Below are positions 51,720-64,000 of a stretch of DNA of 64,000 nucleotides, piece by piece. This DNA is from the human T2T-CHM13v2.0 reference genome, Homo sapiens. The notes below the pieces were generated by a model that did no database searches, was not told where the DNA came from, and saw nothing but the letters and a program-made list of their open reading frames with translations. Where the stretch lies: assembly GCF_009914755.1 (NCBI RefSeq), contig NC_060946.1; one strand, written 5' to 3'. Positions within the stretch are counted from its first letter, which is position 1. The number at the start of each line of letters is the position of its first letter. A program made the position numbers and the translations under genes.

Positions 51720-53089
51720 GCTAGAAGACAAGGTCCAGCCCTGCCCTTGAGGAGCTGCTGCCTCCCCAGCACGGTTCCTGCTCCATACCACACCACCTGA
51801 GCCCTGCCTGGATGCATGCCTGTGCCCACAAACCCTGCAGCATTGCACTTGCTCCCAAGGGGCACCCCAGCCCCTTCTCAGGGAGCAGCTGTCAGCGCAG
51901 TCCCCTGGCAGATTTGGCTCCGAGGAAGATAGAAGGTGGCGAGCCCAGGTGGTGACTCACTGGACAGAGACAGAGAAATAAAAAGAACAAGAAGCAGGAA
52001 GAAGAAGAGGAGTAAAGACTGGGAGATGGAGGAAGAAAGGAAGGGAGGGAGGGGAGGAAGCCTGAGTGTGCGGGGTTTGGTGGGTGAGGCTCTGGGAGAA
52101 AGCCCAGCACGAGAGAGCACGAGGATGGCCAGACCACCCTCCTCTTCCAATCGTGGGTGCAGGAAGGGCTCGGGGCCAGCCGGGCCAACTCTCTAAGTGA
52201 CACATGCCACATGCTGGGGCTTCTCCATCCCCTCTGCCTCCTGGAGCCACAGTATCCAGACACCAGGGGCCTCCAGACAGAAATGTGTCGCTGGGATGCT
52301 TCTGTGCTGTGACTCAACAATCCCTGTCCTGGAATCTCAATTCAAGTCACTCCAACAAGTGGGCAAACAGAACTCTGTGCCCTGCAGGGTTAATCACATT
52401 ATTCACAGTCACAGAATTCAGGAATCCACTTCACTGCCTGGCAAGAAGGAGATGGTTATGCCAACATTCCATATTCCATAAACCCTGGGGCCATGAACCA
52501 CTGATGTTTCAGGGCATGTGGAAAATCCTGTGAGATAATGCAGGCTAACTGCATTTCTGTTTTTTTAATTTGTATGGGCTTACATTGGAATATTTTGCAA
52601 AGCAATACACAGCAGTACATATACAAGTCTGTGTATGTAGCTTTATACGTACAGCTATTTTGGGGTCAATGCTACTTTGAGAAGACCAACCTACCTGTGG
52701 GTCTAATGAGCCTGTGAAGTCCACACAGGGCCTTGCTACAGGACCTGAGGGTTCACTTCCCCCAGGGCAGCCCCCGTCGGAGCTCTGGCCCCTGTCCCAT
52801 CATATGTGTCAGCTCTTCCACACTTATTGCTGTTCTCCTTTCTGCATTTTTTGGATATTAGTCAATGTTTATTCAATTTATGCTACATTTTTCATTCCCG
52901 AGGGCTCTATCGACAATGGGAAGAAGGTTTAAATGAAAAATACTCCTTCACTATCTCATGAGCTTGATGCTCATCAATGAGCTGCTCAGGACTAGGTTAG
53001 GCTGAGGGAGGCAGGAGAGCAGGTGGGGAGTGTGCTGTGCATACAGGGGCTTGTCACTCTTGCATATGAGGAAGAGTGTAGGGAAGGTC

Positions 53090-53420
53090 CACAGAGTGAG
53101 GGACCTAGGTTCACATCTCACCATTGCACCATGAATGACCTCCATTCCCGAGAGTGTGTCAGGGTCCCAAATGGTTGCATGGTGCTCCAGCCATCACATC
53201 TGTGCTCCCACCGGCCAGGAGACAAAGGGGAGATCAGGTACACTTCCCTGTGAGAAGTTGCATGCACAACCTCATGCATTTTATTAGCCAAAACTTTGCC
53301 AGGCAGACCATATCTAGCTGTAAAATTGGTTGAGAAAATATTTATTTAATTTGGGCAGCTTTGTGCCCAGCTAAAACTTGGGGATACAGGTGTTGGGAGC
53401 AATCAGCCATCTCTTTCACA
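53090..53420 (-). mobile_element. MLT1J-like LTR fragment
   Basis: GCTCCAGCCATCACATC, ATTAGCCAAAACT, CTAGCTG, TGTGCCCAGCTAAAA, ending CACA. Confidence 0.7.
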
Positions 53421-53500
53421 ACTATAATGTGTAACAAGGCCATAAATCCGTCAACTTTGAAGGCTCTAAGTATATGGTTCTTTTGTGAATATATTGTTTG

Positions 53501-55198
53501 AGATAGATTTTATTTCTTAGAGCAGTTGTAGGTTTACAGAAAAATTGAGCAGAAGGTTAAACAGTTCCCTTACCCTCCTCTAGCCCTCTCCCTCACAAAC
53601 CCACCTTCCCTATTATTGCCACCTTACATTGTATGGTGCATTTGTTATTATTGATGAACCACGATTGATCCATTATTATTAACCAAAGTCCATAGTTCAC
53701 CTTAGGGTTCATTCTTTCTGCTATGTGTTCTATGGGTTTTGCCAAATGCATAATGATGTGGATCTGCCATTACAATACTGTACAGAATAGTTCCACTGCC
53801 CTAAAACCCCCTGTGCAGCCATATTCATCCCTCCCTCCCTCCTGCCAAACACCTGGCAACCACTGGTCCTTTACCGTCTCCATCATTTTGCCTTTTCCAG
53901 AAAGTCCTTTGAATGGAATAATACGGTCTGTAACCTTTTCCGACTGGCTTCTTTCACTTAGTGATATGCATTTAAGGTTCCTCCTGGCCCTTTCACGGCC
54001 TGACAGCTCATTTCTTTTTAGTGCTGGGTAATATTCCATCGTCTGGAGGTGTCGCAGTTTACTCATCCATTCACCTGCTGAGGGGCATCCTGGTTGCTTC
54101 CACGGTTGTGGATAAAGCTGCGATCGACATGCACGTGCAGGTTTTTGTGTGGACAGAAGTTTTCAGCTCATTTGGGTAAACACCAAGGAGTATAATTGCT
54201 GAACCATATGGTAAGTGTATGTTTAGTTTTATAGGAAATCACCAAACTGTCTTCCAAAGCAGCTCTACCATTTTGGGTTCCCTCCAGCAATGCATGGGAG
54301 TTTCTGGTGTCCTGAACCCTCGCCAGCATTTCGTGGAGTCAGTGTTCTGGGTCTTGGTCATTCTGATAGGTGTGCAGGGGTGTCTCATGGTTTTAGTTTA
54401 CAACTCCCTGGAGCCATATGCTTACCTGTGTCTATCTGTCTTCTTTTGTGAAGTGTACATTCGAGTCTTTTGCCTGCTTTTTTTCATTTTTTTTTTATTT
54501 TACATTAAGTTCAGGCATACATGCTCAGAACGTGCAGGTTTGTTACATGGGTACACACGTGCCATGGTGGTTTGCTGCATCTATCAACCTGTCACCTAGG
54601 TTTTAAGCCCCGCACGCATTAGGAGTTTGTCCTAATGCTCTCCCTCCCCTTTCTCCCCACCCCCCGACAGGCCCCGGTATTCCCCTCCTTGTGTCCATGT
54701 GTTCTCATTGTTCAACTCCCACTTATGAATGAGAACATGCGGTGTTTGGTTTTCTGTCCCTGTGGTGATTTGCTGAGAATGATAGCTTCCAGCTTCATCC
54801 ACTTTTTAACTGGGTTGCTTTCCTGTAGTTGAGTTGTAAGGGTTCTTTGTATATTTGGGATACAAGTCCTTTATCAGACATGTGTTTTGCAAACCTTTCT
54901 CCCAGTCAGTGGCCTGTCTTTTTGTTCTCTTAACAGTGTCTTCCACAGAGCAGCAGTTTTTAATTTTAATGAAGCCCAACTTACCTTTTTTTTTTTTCTT
55001 TCATGAACTGTGCTTTCAGCATTGTGTCTAAAACCTCCTTGCTGAATCCAAGGTCACCTACGTTTTCTCCCATGTTATCTTCTAAAAGTTTTACCATTTT
55101 GCATGTTACATTTAGGTCTATGATCCATTTGGTGTTAATTTTTGTGAAAGGTGTAAGGTCAGTGTCTACATTTATATATTTTTTTGCATGTGGATGCC
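53501..55198 (-). mobile_element. L1MC-type (L1MC1-like) 3' region, interrupted by L1PA
   Basis: TTAGAGCAGTTGTAGGTTTACAGAAAAATTGAGCAG, AAAGTCCATAGTT, GACTGGCTTCTTTCACTTAG. Resumes after about 54802 with CCTTTATCAGA and TTTAGGTCTATGATCCATTT. Confidence 0.88.
54478..54801 (-). mobile_element. L1PA (L1PA8-like) 5'-truncated 3' end
   Basis: T-tail then AACGTGCAGGTTTGTTAC, GTGCCATGGTGGTTTGCTGC, TAGGTTTTAAGCCCCGCA, TCAACTCCCACTTATGA. Confidence 0.9.
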
Positions 55199-55573
55199 CT
55201 TGTGAATATCTTTGCAATCATTAAATGTTAATTACAAGGACGACAGAGGCTGGAAAATATCAGGATGTAATGTTAAGTGGAAGGCAGTAGGCAGAGCACC
55301 ATCTCTGCCACAGTTTCAGGTGAAGGGGTTTCATCTCGGTCGGTAAAAGGAGCAATGGAGTGGAAGGAGAGAAGGGAGGCAGCTCCATGGGGGGGCAGTT
55401 GCCTGCAGAGCCCGGGACCCACACTTGCATCATGGGAGGGGCTGAGGGAGCCACACCCAGGCAGGAGGTGGACTGAGGAGATGCCGGCTAAGTCACTGAT
55501 GCATGGAGAGGCCCAAACAAAGAGATGGGTGAGGAAGGCCTGGGAAGCCCACAGATGCCCCTGCTCAGGGGAG

Positions 55574-55987
55574 GGTATTAGGCCATTCTTATGTTGGTAT
55601 AAAGAAATACCTGAGGCTGGGTCATTTATGTAGAAAAGAGCTTTGATTTGGCTCACAGTTCCGCAAGCTGTGGCATGGCACCGACGTCTGCTCAGTTCCT
55701 GGTGAGGCCTCCGGGAGCCTCCAGTCATGACAGAAGGTGACGAGGGAGCAGGCATCTTCTGCCGCCAGAGTGGAAGCAAGAGAGAGCGGGAGGAGGCGCC
55801 ATGCTCTTCAACCACCAGATCTCTTGTGAACTCAGAGTGACGGCTCAATCATCACCAAGGGGATGGCCAAGCCATGCAGCAGGGTTCCAGCCCCGTGATC
55901 CAGTCACCTCCCACCAGGCCCCGCCTCCAACACAGGAGTCACATTTCAACCTGAGACTTAGAGGGGACGAACATCCGACCCACGTCA
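55574..55987 (-). mobile_element. MSTB-like MaLR solo LTR
   Basis: GTATTAGGCCATTCTT...ATAAAGAAATACCTGAGGCTGGG...CACCTCCCACCAGGCCCC.CCTCCAACAC...CACATTTCAAC. Confidence 0.88.
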
Positions 55988-56071
55988 GGGTAAGCACTCC
56001 TCATGTGGGCAGAGCCAGCAGAACCAAAGAAACAGCTAAAAACGGAGGTGCTTGCAGGAGGCCGGGCCAGG

Positions 56072-56526
56072 GAACACAGACTCTCTCCCTAACAGCTCTA
56101 GCCAGGCTGCACTGAGCCTGCTATTTACCTAGGCTCACCCTGGGCTCCTGCCTTTATGCTGGCAGAGTTCAAAGTTAGCAAGAACCCTAAGTTAGTTTAG
56201 CCAGAAGCCCCAGTTTCGATGTCTGAGCACCCTCAATGCCTGACCGGATTCCTCATCCCCTACCTTCCTCTGGGTGATGTCGGTCACCCTGGCCTGCCTC
56301 TAGCCAGAATCCAGCCTGGTCAGCTTAGACAGAGTGACCCACCCTCTTAGCCATCTTCCATCCACCAATTCCACCTGGAGCCTTGCTTCTGAATCCCCAC
56401 ATTTCCTTGTGTTTGAAATGGAGCACAATCTTTCTCCCCTGTTGCAAAACCTCATTGCAGGGGCCCCTGTGAGTAGAGACTGCTTTACCGTCTGGAATAA
56501 GCCTCAGAAGAATTTTATTCTTAACA
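56072..56526 (+). mobile_element. MER31-like ERV LTR
   Basis: AGACTCTCTCC, TTAGCAAGAA, TTCCTCATCCCC, GGTGATGTC..TCACCCTGGCCTGCC, TTCCATCCAC, ending TTCTTAACA. Confidence 0.78.
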
Positions 56527-58259
56527 TGGGAAGTGGACCAGAGGGCAGAGCCCCCAGGGCTCTTCTCCTCAGCTGGCAGCCCATAGTCCCACTCTCAGCT
56601 CCAGAGGCACAGGCTCCCCACTGCCGGGCCAGGAATGGGAACAGCAGGGGCTCCGGAGTGGGCAGGGGGCCCTCGGGCAGGAGGTGCACAGAGGGCATGG
56701 ATTGGCCACCCCGGGCCTGGCAATGGCCACCTGCTCCCTGCACATGATGGCCTCACAGGGCATCCTCATGTTCATCATGCTATAAACGATGCCCTAAGGA
56801 TCTGAACCGGGGGTGGAACTGACATCTCTGGACCTCCAAGCTCAGGTGTATCTCAAAACTGTCGAGACAGGATGGCTGAGGCCCTAGAACCCTAAGGCGC
56901 AACACTATCTATCCAGCCCAAGCTGTGGCCCCAAACTCCTACTTGAAAACCCTGGCCCTGTTCATGTGGGTCAGACCATGTTGGGCAGGAGGACTTGGTT
57001 TCTGAGGACCCAGCTGTCCAGAGTGGCCCAGACCCAAAGCCAAAAGGATGCCTCTCCCACCTCTCCCTTGGGCCCTGCCTCCTCCCCAACTCTGGAGTGT
57101 GTGGCCAGATGCCAGCCAGATGAGGTCCCGCATTTCTGGACAGTCCTTTGATCCCCTTTTCCTTCCACCACGAGGCGGCCTTTGTCACTGGGTCCCAGGA
57201 CAAAGCCTCGGGGCAGCCTGGATGGTGTTCTGACCCCAATCCCCCCAGGGGGCTCCTAGTCAAGGGTCTTCCCTGCATGGAACCCCCAAAGCCAGTAAGA
57301 AATAGAAGCTTCCTGAACATTGCTAACGTCCTGAATATCCAGCATCCACGAAACCCAAGCGAACTAGTTAAAAATAAAAACGTGGTGATGATCATTTGCT
57401 GTGGGTTTAATCCAATTTGAGGATTTACTTAAAATAAAACCTTGGGGAATGAAAACAGAAGTCAGTAGCACACCTCCAGGGCTAGTAGGGAGCACATTTG
57501 CCCAGCACCTGAGTCCTTGCCAGGTGCCAGACCCTGTTCCTGACAGCTGTGCTGGGCGTGCGCACACAAGCCCCGGGCGGAGGCCAGGGCTGCACTTAGC
57601 GCATATGAGATGCTACGTGGGACTGGAAATGCCTCCTGCGCTCCCTTGAGTTACATGAAACTACTGAGAAGTTCTTGATCTGGGGGCCATTAGAGGAACC
57701 TGGCCCACCTTGTCTGGAACACAGAGGGAAGGCTGGTTACGGGGAAAATCCAGAGGCGGCAACTTCGTGCTCTCAACAGACAGCATGAGTCACCATGAGA
57801 AGGGGAAAGGGGACTTGGCTTCCAGACACACACCAAGGACTTCAATGTGGACAGTGGCAAGGTGCTGTCCCTGACCCTCCACCCGTCGCCCACTCAACCT
57901 GGCACCCCAGGGCTGTACCGGCCGAGTCATCACCAAGGCCCACCTCTCGCCTGGTCCAGGACTCCCTTGGAGATGAGGGCAGACAAGTGGATGGCACCCT
58001 CTGCTCCAAGGCTCCGGGGCCTCATGAAGCAGCCGTTCCTATTGAACAGCTCCAGCAGCTGCAGTGTTCCTTCCTGTATTCCTCAGAACCTGTTGTCCTG
58101 AAGCTCCGTCTGTCACCACTGTGTCTATTCCCTTCAGTCAGTCACACAGAACAAATCTATTCCCTTGTCCTCGGAAAAGGGGTCAGGTCCTTGGATGTTT
58201 GAAAATAGCTGCCCTGTCCTCTCTGACCCCTCCCCCGCCACCGCCGCAACCTAAGGCGA

Positions 58260-58440
58260 GGAGCTGCCACTTACAAGGCACCTACTGTTTGTCGAGGGTT
58301 TTATTTAGGTCAGGACGCGGTTATTCCCATTTAGAGATGAAGAAACTGGGGTTCGGCGAGGTTAACTGCTTGCCCAGGGTCACACAGGGAACAGGAGACG
58401 CTGGATGTAAACTCAGCCCCGTCTGGTTCTGAAGGCTGCC
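58260..58440 (-). mobile_element. MIR
   Basis: CCCATTTAGAGATGAAGAAACTGGGG...GAGGTTAACTGCTTGCCCAGGGTCACACAG. Confidence 0.78.
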
Positions 58441-59399
58441 TTCTCCCCGGCCCTGCAGAGCGCCAGCCTCTCTTCTATAAGCTGGATGCCCCCGGCCCAA
58501 CACCCCACAGAGAAAAGGCCTCCAATGCCTCCCCTGCCATCAGCGCTTCTCTGCAAAAGAGCATCCTGAATGCCCACGCCAGCCACAGAGGAGCCCCTCC
58601 CACCCTCTGGCAGGTGGGCTCCTCTCACCTTCCTTTTCTGTATCGATTGGTATGTATTCAGGTCAGGTAGCAGAATGCCTGGCCAGCAGTGTCCTGAAGA
58701 GACAAAGCTATCTGGGACCTCAGGGTAGGTGGTCGGGGCTGGGCAGTGACTCACGACGGCCATTAAGAAACCAAGCTCTTTTTGTCTCTGTCCTACCGTC
58801 TACAGCAAGTGTGCCTGTTGCCTTGAGTTTGCAAGATAGCTGATCCTCTTCCAGTCATGACATCCTTCAGGAAGAAGGGGAATGACACAGGCTTCCTCTG
58901 AAGGCTGCTCTGTCTTCTGACTCCACAAAGGAAGCACTGCCCAGCACATCTCCTCCTGCATCTCAGCCAAAACTAGGCCATGCGCCCTCCAAAGACCAAT
59001 CTCTCTCCAGGAGCAATGAAACGCATGTAGCTGTCTTTGATCCGCACGCCTCCTCCCCTGGTGGGGGTGGGCCATGTCCCACCTGGATCTCACATCCCTA
59101 ACTGCAACCTAAAGACAAGAACTCCATCAGCTGGGGGCGAGGGTAGGGTGCTGTGTGCAATGGGCTGACTACTAAGGAGGCCATGGAGGGCGGCAGCTTC
59201 ACCCTCCAAAGTTTAATCACCCTGAAGTGCCAATACCTGAAAATATTTTTGGAAGCATTTTATTCTAAGAGGGATCAGAAATTTTAGCAAGAAAGAGTAA
59301 CGATATAATATTGGAATTCCAGGCACTATCTGCCAGTAGGTCATAGTGATAGATAACAAGGTAGGTGGTGAGAGGTTACCAAAAGGGAGTCCAACAAAT

Positions 59400-60325
59400 A
59401 CGGATGAATGAAGGGAAGGGAGGAGGCATGGTGATAGGTGGGTGAGTGTGTAGAAGGGAGGATGGTGGATGGATGCATGGATGGATGGAAGCTGGATGGA
59501 TAGATAGCTGGATGGATGAATGGAGGAATGGATGGATGAATGGAAGGATGGATGGATGATGAATGAATGGATAGATGGATAATGAATGATGGATGGATAG
59601 ATGATGGATGGTTGGATGGATGGATGGATGATGAATGAATGGATAGATAGATGATGGATGGATGAATGGTTGAATGGATGATAGATTGATGAATGATAAT
59701 GGATGGAGGAATGATGGATATATGATGATGGATGGATGGATGATGAATGAATGGATAGATGCATAATGAATGATGGATGAGTAGATGATGGATGGATGGA
59801 TGGATGGATAGATGATGAATGAATGGATAGATAGATGATGGATAGATGATGGATGGATGAATGGTTGAATGGATGACAGATTGATGAATGATAATGGATG
59901 GAGTAATGACAGATGTATGATGATGGATGGATGATGAATGAATGGATAGATGGATAATGAATGACGGGTGGATAGATGATAGATGGATGGATGAATGGAT
60001 GGATGACAAATGAATGGATAGATGGATGATAGATGGATGAAAGAGTGAATGGATGATAGATGGACAAATGATAATGGATGGAGGAGTGACAGATGTATCA
60101 TGATGGATGGATGGATGGATGATGAATAACTGGATAGATGGATAATGAATGATGGATGGATAGATGATGGATGGATGGATGGATGGATGGATGATGAACG
60201 AATGGATAGATGGATGATGGATGGATGAATGGGTGAATGGATGATTGATGGATGAATGATAATGGATGGAGGAATGACGGATGTATGATGATGGAGGTAT
60301 GTATGAACAGGAATGGATGAATGCA
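59400..60325. repeat. (TGGA/TGAA/TGA/TAGA)n compound satellite with a ~190-bp higher-order unit
   Basis: Direct reading. Landmark ATAATGGATGGAG recurs at 59696, 59891, 60071 and 60259. Confidence 0.95.
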
Positions 60326-62295
60326 TGCAGGAAGGCAAACTGTTTCAGCGGACACCTTTGGAAGATGCTTTCTGGTTTTTGAATTCCTACAAAATTTGCT
60401 TTGATAACCACCCAAGCAGAGTGCTTGCTGTCTTTTAAACTCTCCTCGGCTTATCTGAGCTGTAAGCGAGGCACAGCTCCAAGAGCAGAACAAAAGCTGG
60501 CAAGCACTGGTCCCCATTGTCATGCGGAACCAGTTGGGTGGACAGCAGTACTCTCTGGAGTGGCCTTTTCTTCCTGCTGCACTTGCCTTTGACTGGACGG
60601 ATGAGGTGTTTTCACTTATAACAGAGTTTAGTCAACCCTCTCATACCATCCTCCTTGGCAAGCACCTGACAACATGGCTCAGAGAGAACCCCTGGAGAAG
60701 CAGGTCACGTCTGAAGGATGGTACTCTGTGTGTTCTAGGAAAAAGCCACACCTGCCTGGGGGTGGGGGTCCCCAGCCTGAAGAGAACCTCCTTGGGCACC
60801 CTGTGCTCCCCAGGGCAGGGGTGTCTCCACCCTGGCTTAGCATTCTTTGCTTGCATCAAAGAATCTGGCATGGATGTGGGGGGGAATCTCTGCTCACCAC
60901 AGCTGCAGGCATTTGGAAAAGTCAAGGAACAGAATGATGAGGAACGGTGAGCACAGGTGGGCTTCAAGGCCAGCACAAAGAGGTTCCAAGTTTCTTGCAG
61001 CTCTCATGCAGAGGGAACAGGCCCCTTTCCTTAAAAAAGGGCCAATGTGTCCATTGGCCCACAAAGCCAGGAGCTGTGTGAGGAGGGTGGCAGCTGGGCT
61101 GAACTGGGCCCACCTGCCCCAGGTCGGGGGATCCAATGGGGTCAGCACAGGGGGCTCCTAGCCCTCTGTGTGCTCACAGGGAAACAAGAACCCAGAACTC
61201 TGCCATTTAGGAGCAGGTCTATTTATGGGCCATTTGTGCTGCTGTGGTTTTCCTTTCTAATTTTCCCTCAGATCTGAGCAACGTTCCTTTGGAAAATTCC
61301 AGTGCAGCTCAGCTGTACTGAGAACACGGGAAGGATCAGAGGCAAACGTTGAAACAGTACCTGGTACTCAGAGCGCTGTGTTCTGGGGAGAGGCGGTGGG
61401 AAAGGGGGCTTCCCTTGAACGAAGTGAAACCTGATCACCCCAGGGAAGGCAGGAGTAGGCTCTTCATTAGCCCCTTTTCCTGGGGTTCTTTGAGCTTAAA
61501 CTTCATAGAGCTCGGTGGACAGTTTGCGAATGTGGCTTTGTGTTTAGCAAGGGAGGCTGCATCCTAGAGGCTGATAGGAGCCACCCTAGGCCACCGCTGG
61601 TCAGAGTGCAGCCAGGTCCCCTCCTTATGTCACCTGAACAGGCTCCCTAGCCTCTGTGAGCCGCTGTCCCTATCTGTGAAATGAACACGCAGAGGCCAAC
61701 TCTGCAGAGAGCAGGAGGGGACCAGATACCACATGGAAGGCCAGCGCCATGTGGGCGTCCACTGATGGGTGGCCAGGATATCGTCCTAATGCAAAGTAAG
61801 GAACCAGAGGCTTTGAGAGATGACACACTTTGCCCTGGCTCATGTATGCACACTCACATTCACACACACCACACACACGCATGTGTAATTGCTCACACAC
61901 AGGGCAGGTTAGTGACAGAGCTGGAACTCACAGTCTTCTCCACCCTACCCCCCCATCACAGACTGAAGTTGTCATGAACACTCAGGGTGGAAAATCCCAG
62001 AATATCAACAAAATAAGAAGAGTATAGCCTCCAACTCCAGTTCCAAGGGCAGGGCAGAAGAGAAGGCTCTGGAATCACTGTAGGTCCGAGAAGGGGATTT
62101 GCCTCCCCAGTGCAGGGTCAGTGAGATGAGCAGGGCCACACATGTCCCAGCTGAGGGAAGTACGAGAGAGTGCTGAGTGAAAACGGACCATTCCCTCACA
62201 GCACTGGATATGAGAAAATTCAACATTTCTAATAAAAGACAGACCAAAACATCTCGGCTCAGGATAAAGTGAAAGAAGCTACTTGTTGATGCATT

Positions 62296-63082
62296 GTGTA
62301 ATAATGAATCTGGCCAGTCTCTGTCCACCACACCTCTCACCCATTCCTGCGAGGTAACCTCTACATTCTTAATATTTCTTAATTGATAGAAGTGTCTTTG
62401 TTACTCATAGTGTGTCCTTGGACAACAGCTGAGTCCATGCCAAGAAAGTGACTAAGGGAGACCCCCTAGAAAACCTGTGCTCAGGAGATGGCACCTGATG
62501 GGGCTGGTCCTACCAGAAAGAGCACCCATGCAATAGGACAGGTGTGGAGGGGGGAACTGCTTTGAGCCATGGCATATCAGCTGGTCTTTCACCTCCAGGA
62601 AGGGGATGGGGCTGGAGGTTGAGTTCCACTTCCGGGCTGTTGATTCAGTCAGTCATGCCCGTGGAATGGAACCCCAATGAAAACTCTAGACACGGAAGCT
62701 CTGGTGAACATCCTGATGGGCAGTTCCCTGTGAATGGTCACACACCTATGTGCCGGGAGGGCAACCGGTCCCTGGGGCTGACGGAAGCCTCCCAGGCCTT
62801 GTTGTAGGTAGCTCTCTCTGTAGCTGGCTATTATTTGTCTCTTTATGCTATAATAAAACAGTCATTATAACTATAGCACTTTCCTGAGTTTTGTGAATTG
62901 TTTTAGTGATTTATTGAAACTGAAGAAGTTCCTGGGGACCCCCGACTTTGTAGCCAGCTGGTCAGAAGTGACAGTGACCTGGGGACCCTGAATTTGCAGC
63001 TGGGGTCTGAGGCGATGTCTCCTTGAGGAGGACAGTCCCCTTACCCAATGGAGTGTGGCTGACTCCAGGTAGTGTGTGTTCA
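62296..63082 (+). mobile_element. MER21C-like LTR
   Basis: GTGTCTTTGTTACTCATA, GGGGCTGGAGGTTGAGTTC, ATAATAAAAC...TATAGCACTTTCCTGAGTT, GGGGACCCCCGACTTTGTAGCCAGCTGGTCAGAAGTG. Confidence 0.8.
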
Positions 63083-63119
63083 AAGTCATTGCACAAACAA
63101 ACAACACTAAACAATGTTG

Positions 63120-63612
63120 GAATGTTAAAATTAAAGTATCACCCAAGAGCTATTGGACAAAAGCAAACTAAAAACAGACTTGACAATGTTAATTTCTAAC
63201 ATTGTGTATTTCAATATAAATGGAATTAAATGGAATAAAATGCCAATGTATGTTGTTAATATCTTAATTCTACAATGAAGATAAAGTAGAATCCCACGTG
63301 CGCTGACCAAGGTAACATGAAAATACAAGTCCAAAACGCCTGGAAATATATGAAGAAAACGAAAGAAACACATTGGATGCTTAATAAACGATTTTTGGAT
63401 ACCTCACAATCTTATGGGTATAGAAATAAGAACAGTGACAAAGCTTAAAACAATTGAAATAATTCAATTACTAAATAAAATAATACCAGAAAGAGAGAAA
63501 GTCTTTATCATTTTCAGTAATTCATAAACATTACACTCTATCTGCATCTATGCTACACAAATCTCCACAAATTTTCAAAAGCAAAATTGCGCAGAACACA
63601 TTCTCTCACTGA
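63120..63612 (+). mobile_element. Possible ancient L1 ORF2 (endonuclease-region) remnant
   Basis: A-rich. AAATCTCCACAAATTTTCAAAA...ACATTCTCTCAC weakly resembles L1 ORF2 5' sequence. Confidence 0.35.
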
Positions 63613-63732
63613 AACCTGGATTTATAATAGGAGCAAACGGATATACACACAGATATACACACAGCCTGTGGATCAAGAGATGGGGTATAGGGGCTGCACT
63701 GTACCTAGAGGGACCAATTCTTTGTCTTTTCA

Positions 63733-63960
63733 TGAGGAAAAAAAAAGAAGAAAAGAAAGAAAGAGAAGGAGGGAGGAAAGGGAGGAAAAGAGGGAGGAAG
63801 GAAAGAAGGAAGGAAGGAAGGAAGAAAGGAAGGGAAGGAGGGAGGGAGGGAGGGAGGGAGGGAGGGAGGGAAGGAAGGAGGGAAGGAAGGAAGGAGGGAG
63901 GGAGGGAGGGAGGGAAGGAAGGAGGGAAGGAAGGAAAGGAAGGAGGGAAGGAAGGAAGGG
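63733..63960. repeat. Polypurine (GGAA/GGGA)n tract
   Basis: About 225 bp of purines only on the + strand. Confidence 0.95.
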
Positions 63961-64000
63961 TAGAGGTAATGAAGGAGAGGACCACATCAGAGTTGTGTGG

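Noticed and set aside
59213-60523. Longest ORFs (284-356 aa, His/Ser/Ile/Pro-rich)
   Set aside because: These are translations of the (TCCA)n strand of a microsatellite; stop codons are excluded by composition.

Overview
This is primate genomic DNA, most likely human: it carries AluJ/S/Y elements, including a young AluYg6-type copy, along with MaLR LTRs, L1, L2 and MIR. It is GC-rich and appears non-coding (intergenic or deep intronic). I found no credible protein-coding exon, tRNA, rRNA, CRISPR array or prokaryotic-type system. The long ORFs in the track come from microsatellites, VNTRs, Alus or stop-poor GC-rich sequence. I cannot name the locus from sequence alone. The most notable structures are: (1) a 5'-truncated AluYg6-type insertion with intact CpGs and a perfect 14-bp TSD, a candidate human-specific or polymorphic insertion; (2) a three-arm AluJ formed by internal duplication inside a single TSD pair; (3) a fossil hAT-Tip100 (Zaphod-like) transposon whose C-terminal dimerisation domain is still readable; (4) back-to-back MLT1B/MLT1C LTRs; (5) nested L1/CA-tract/THE1 and L1MC/L1PA insertions; (6) several VNTRs with higher-order structure; (7) AT-rich, motif-dense unique islands and a CpG-enriched segment that are candidate enhancers, plus a possible minus-strand poly(A) site. 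Repeat subfamily names come from recalled consensus sequences and need RepeatMasker/Dfam confirmation.
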